Source: Octopus sinensis
Taxonomy: Eukaryota
Assembly (NCBI RefSeq): GCF_006345805.1
Contig: NC_043014.1
Coordinates: forward strand, 27,094,001-27,158,000
Reading direction: 5' to 3'
Length of the DNA: 64,000 nt
Position numbers and translations under genes: made by a program. The notes under the pieces were generated by a model that was not told the DNA's origin, searched no databases, and saw only the letters and a list, made by a program, of their open reading frames with translations. Of the stretch, positions 61,106-64,000 are shown piece by piece. Positions within the stretch are counted from its first letter, which is position 1. Every line of letters begins with the position of its first letter.

Positions 61106-61510
61106 TATATTTGAGGTTCCAATGAAGCTATAAGGTGTTACTCACTGCACTCAACTGAGTCCACTGGATCTTTCAATAGGAACAGCTGTAAGCTAATGAA
61201 GTCCATAAGATAATTGTTTATTCCTTTGCCATCTCATTTTCTTATATGTGAGTATGTGTAAATATATATGCATGTATTATTGTAATTTACAAGAAAAATT
61301 TTCATTCTAAACTATTCTTTAATATTATCTGTTACTCTTTGAAAATTTGTGCCAATTTTCATAAAACTGCTCTGAAAATCTTGTTTGAATACCAAACTTT
61401 GCATATCAATCATTTGCAATTGATAAAACAGTACCAGTTGAATGACTAAAACTAGTAAAATGCGAAAATTCATGTAACAATTTCAGTGCATTTTTAAATA
61501 GCTAAAATAC

Positions 61511-61562
<52 letters not shown>

Positions 61563-61603
61563 TATATATAGTGAATATATAATGTTTTGTTTCTTTGCTA
61601 TAG

Positions 61604-61762
61604 TTACATGGCCCAGATGCAAATATTCTCGCAAAGGATTTACTTACGGCTCTTGGACATGTGGAAGAGGTTACCGTATTGTGTCGACAAGAAGATCACC
61701 ATTTCACAGAAGAAGCAAATAGGAAATTGTCTAAATACCTTCAGACTGTTATCACAGAACTG
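61604..61762 (+). CDS. Host gene exon (159 nt): LHGPDANILAKDLLTALGHVEEVTVLCRQEDHHFTEEANRKLSKYLQTVITEL
   Basis: tttgtttctttgctatag|TTACAT...GAACTG|gtatgt; phase 0/0, continues the helical segment of the large exon. Confidence 0.8.
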
Positions 61763-62039
61763 GTATGTATATAATATATGTAATGTATATATATATGTAA
61801 TTTATGTATAAGTTCACTTTCCAACCACTTTTAGGTTCAGTCTCACAGTGTGATATCTTGGGCAAACATTTTCTACCATAGCCCTTGCCAACCAATGCCT
61901 TTTGAGTTAATCTGGTAGACAGAACCTATGTGGAAGCCCATGATATATTTTTTTTTCTCTTTAGTTTTAGCTCAGAGCTATGGCCATGCTGATGCACCGC
62001 CGTTTTGCTATGCTGTTATTACTAAGAGCCTCCTCTAAT

Positions 62040-62405
62040 ATGTGGCACTTGATGAAAAATGGAGTTTGATATAGCTACCCTCATTTGCACCTCTTGCCGT
62101 GAGGTAGATTCATCTGGGACTCTCGACAGGAGGAGGTCTGCTTTGATTTAAAAAGCTCTACATCTACTTTGTGCAAGTGCCTCAGACTCTTTGGGAGAAT
62201 ATTAAAAAGCTGTGGGCCCTTGAAACCCAGGCTGTTGCAATAACTGGTCCTGAACCGTGATGGTGTTGCTGGGATCTTTGGCACTATGCAGTGTTGTCCC
62301 GTTCTAGCATTGGTGTAGCTTTTAATGCCAAAATTTGGCATAATTCCTTCCAGGATCTTCCAGATATATATTACTGCATACCTCTCCCGTCTTCTGTCCG
62401 GGGAT
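62040..62405 (-). mobile_element. CR1/L2-group LINE C-terminal fragment
   Basis: RRRERYAVIYIWKILEG..PN...GPQLFNILPKSLR...FKSK in ORF 62081..62446. Confidence 0.8.
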
Positions 62406-62434
62406 GTATATATATATATAAATAATAAAAGATG

Positions 62435-62596
62435 GATAGATGTCAATTCATTACAGCTGTTTCCAATGAATATTTTAATTGATTAATGAGTACATTATAT
62501 TTTTGTCAATAAAACTGTTTTCTTCAGACGATATAATGTACTCTTTAATCAATTAAAAAATTCGTTGGAAACAGCTGTAATGAATTGACACCTATC
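62435..62596. repeat. Inverted repeat, 66-bp arms (4 mismatches), 30-bp spacer
   Basis: 62435-62500 versus 62531-62596; arms carry GAAACAGCTGTA and the spacer has CTGAAGA on the minus strand. Confidence 0.9.
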
Positions 62597-63099
62597 CCTC
62601 GTTTGTTATTTCTCTATTTATGATTCACCTCTCTTGGAACTGTATATTTAATAAAATGTGTGTTTCTGAATTAGCTGATGATATATTCAGTTAATTGTAT
62701 ACATAACCTGAATATCTTTCTGCCTGTACTTTGGTACCTATGTTTCTATTTATCAGTAGCTGCTGTATATGCATTTTAATTCTGAACCAATCCAGTGCGT
62801 TGCCATTTAAGTGCCCTATTCACCTAAATCTTAATAAATATGTGTGCATGCGTGTGTGTGTCTGTGTGCCATCCTGTCTGTGTTTGTCTTCCACCACCAC
62901 TTGACAAGTAGTGTTAGTTTGTTTACATCCCTGTAACTTAAAAGTTCAGCAAAAGAGAAAAAAAGTGACCGATAGAATAAGAAATACACTTAAAAAATAA
63001 GTACTGGGGTCAATTTATTTCACTAAACCCTTCAAGGTAGTGCTGCAGCATGGCCACAGTATAATGACTGAAACAAGTAAAACATAAAAGATGCCTACA

Positions 63100-64000
63100 G
63101 TCTATGAATAATGTTTGGTGAAATCGTTTGTATGCCAGATAAAATGCTTAACAGGATTTCATCCGTCTTTATGTTTTAAGTTCAAATTCCACCAAGGCTA
63201 TCTTTGTCTTTCATCCTTTCAGGGTCGATGAAGTATCATTTAAGCACTGGGGTCAATGTAATCGACTAGGCCCCTGCCCCCAAATTTCACGCCTCGTTCT
63301 TCTAATAGAAAGTATTATTTTGTATATTTGATAACTTTATTATTCAGTTCATTGAAGGCAATCAGCTGATAGTATTGTTATTGTGCCAGACAAAATGCTT
63401 AGCAGCAACCAAAAGCCACCAGCTTCAACTTTGCCTTTCATCCTTTCAGGGTTGATGAAATATATACCAGTTAAGCACTGGGGTCAATATAATTGACTAA
63501 CCCTTCCCACCAGAATTTCAGGCCTTGTGCCTATAGTAGAAAGGATTATTTAATTCATTGAATGTTTCATACAATGAAGGGGCAGGTTTTTCGCAAAGAA
63601 ACAATGATTTATCATTCCAGTTTGGATGATAACCAAGGAAACAAGTGTTTAAGGATATAAATTTGAATTTACAATCTGAGGTATGTATGTATGTGTATAC
63701 ATACATGTCTATAATACTTGGTACACACACAGTTATGTATACTCATGTATTGAGTTCTGTTTTTCTGGTTTCTTCCACCAAACCAATGATATATATGCAG
63801 CATATAAGGAAGTGAACTGGCAAAATTGTTAGCATGCCAGGTAAAATGCTTTGTGACATTTCATCTGAGTTCAAATTCTGCAGAGGCCATCTTTGCCTTT
63901 GATCCTTTCAGGGTCAATGAAATAAGTGCCAATTGAGCACAGGGGTTGATCTAATCAACTTGTCCCCTCCCACAAGACTGCTGGTCTTGTGCCAAAACTT
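63100..64000 (+). mobile_element. Three decayed Meta-domain-like SINE copies in the same orientation
   Basis: tttgc/gtctttcatcctttcagggt(c/t)(g/a)atgaa cores at ~63200, ~63430 and ~63895. Confidence 0.75.

Overview
AT-rich, microsatellite-dense eukaryotic genomic DNA. The repeat content (RTE LINE tails ending in (ATG)n, tRNA-derived SINEs, (TA)n/(CA)n/(CATA)n arrays) suggests an octopus or other coleoid cephalopod; this is an inference, as no database was available. One unnamed + strand protein-coding gene crosses the window. I stitched 8 GT-AG exons by hand (18264-18334, 25508-25547, 27357-27417, 28913-28939, 31066-31160, 36429-36580, 42406-43694, 61604-61762) into one stop-free, phase-consistent frame of about 631 codons: a globular-looking segment, a long Pro/Ala/Ser/Thr tract and a helical segment. 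The introns are packed with mobile DNA: a full-length but decayed 4077-bp LTR retrotransposon (278-bp LTRs, AGCAC target-site duplication), RTE and CR1/L2-like LINE pieces, Penelope-like (GIY-YIG) fragments, mariner/Tc1/pogo relics, non-autonomous Helitrons and several SINE families. Two observations stand out. (1) The LTR element has no canonical primer-binding site; the 12 nt abutting its 5' LTR are complementary to nt 1-12 of metazoan tRNA-Phe, and it sits at the predicted Pol III start of a tRNA-derived SINE. (2) There is a recurring set of fold-back palindromes and inverted repeats built on hammerhead-ribozyme motifs, two of which (47385-47474, 55712-55808) look structurally intact and lie in the sense orientation of the host intron. 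Most ORFs in the supplied track are microsatellite artefacts. Boundaries of old repeats are approximate.
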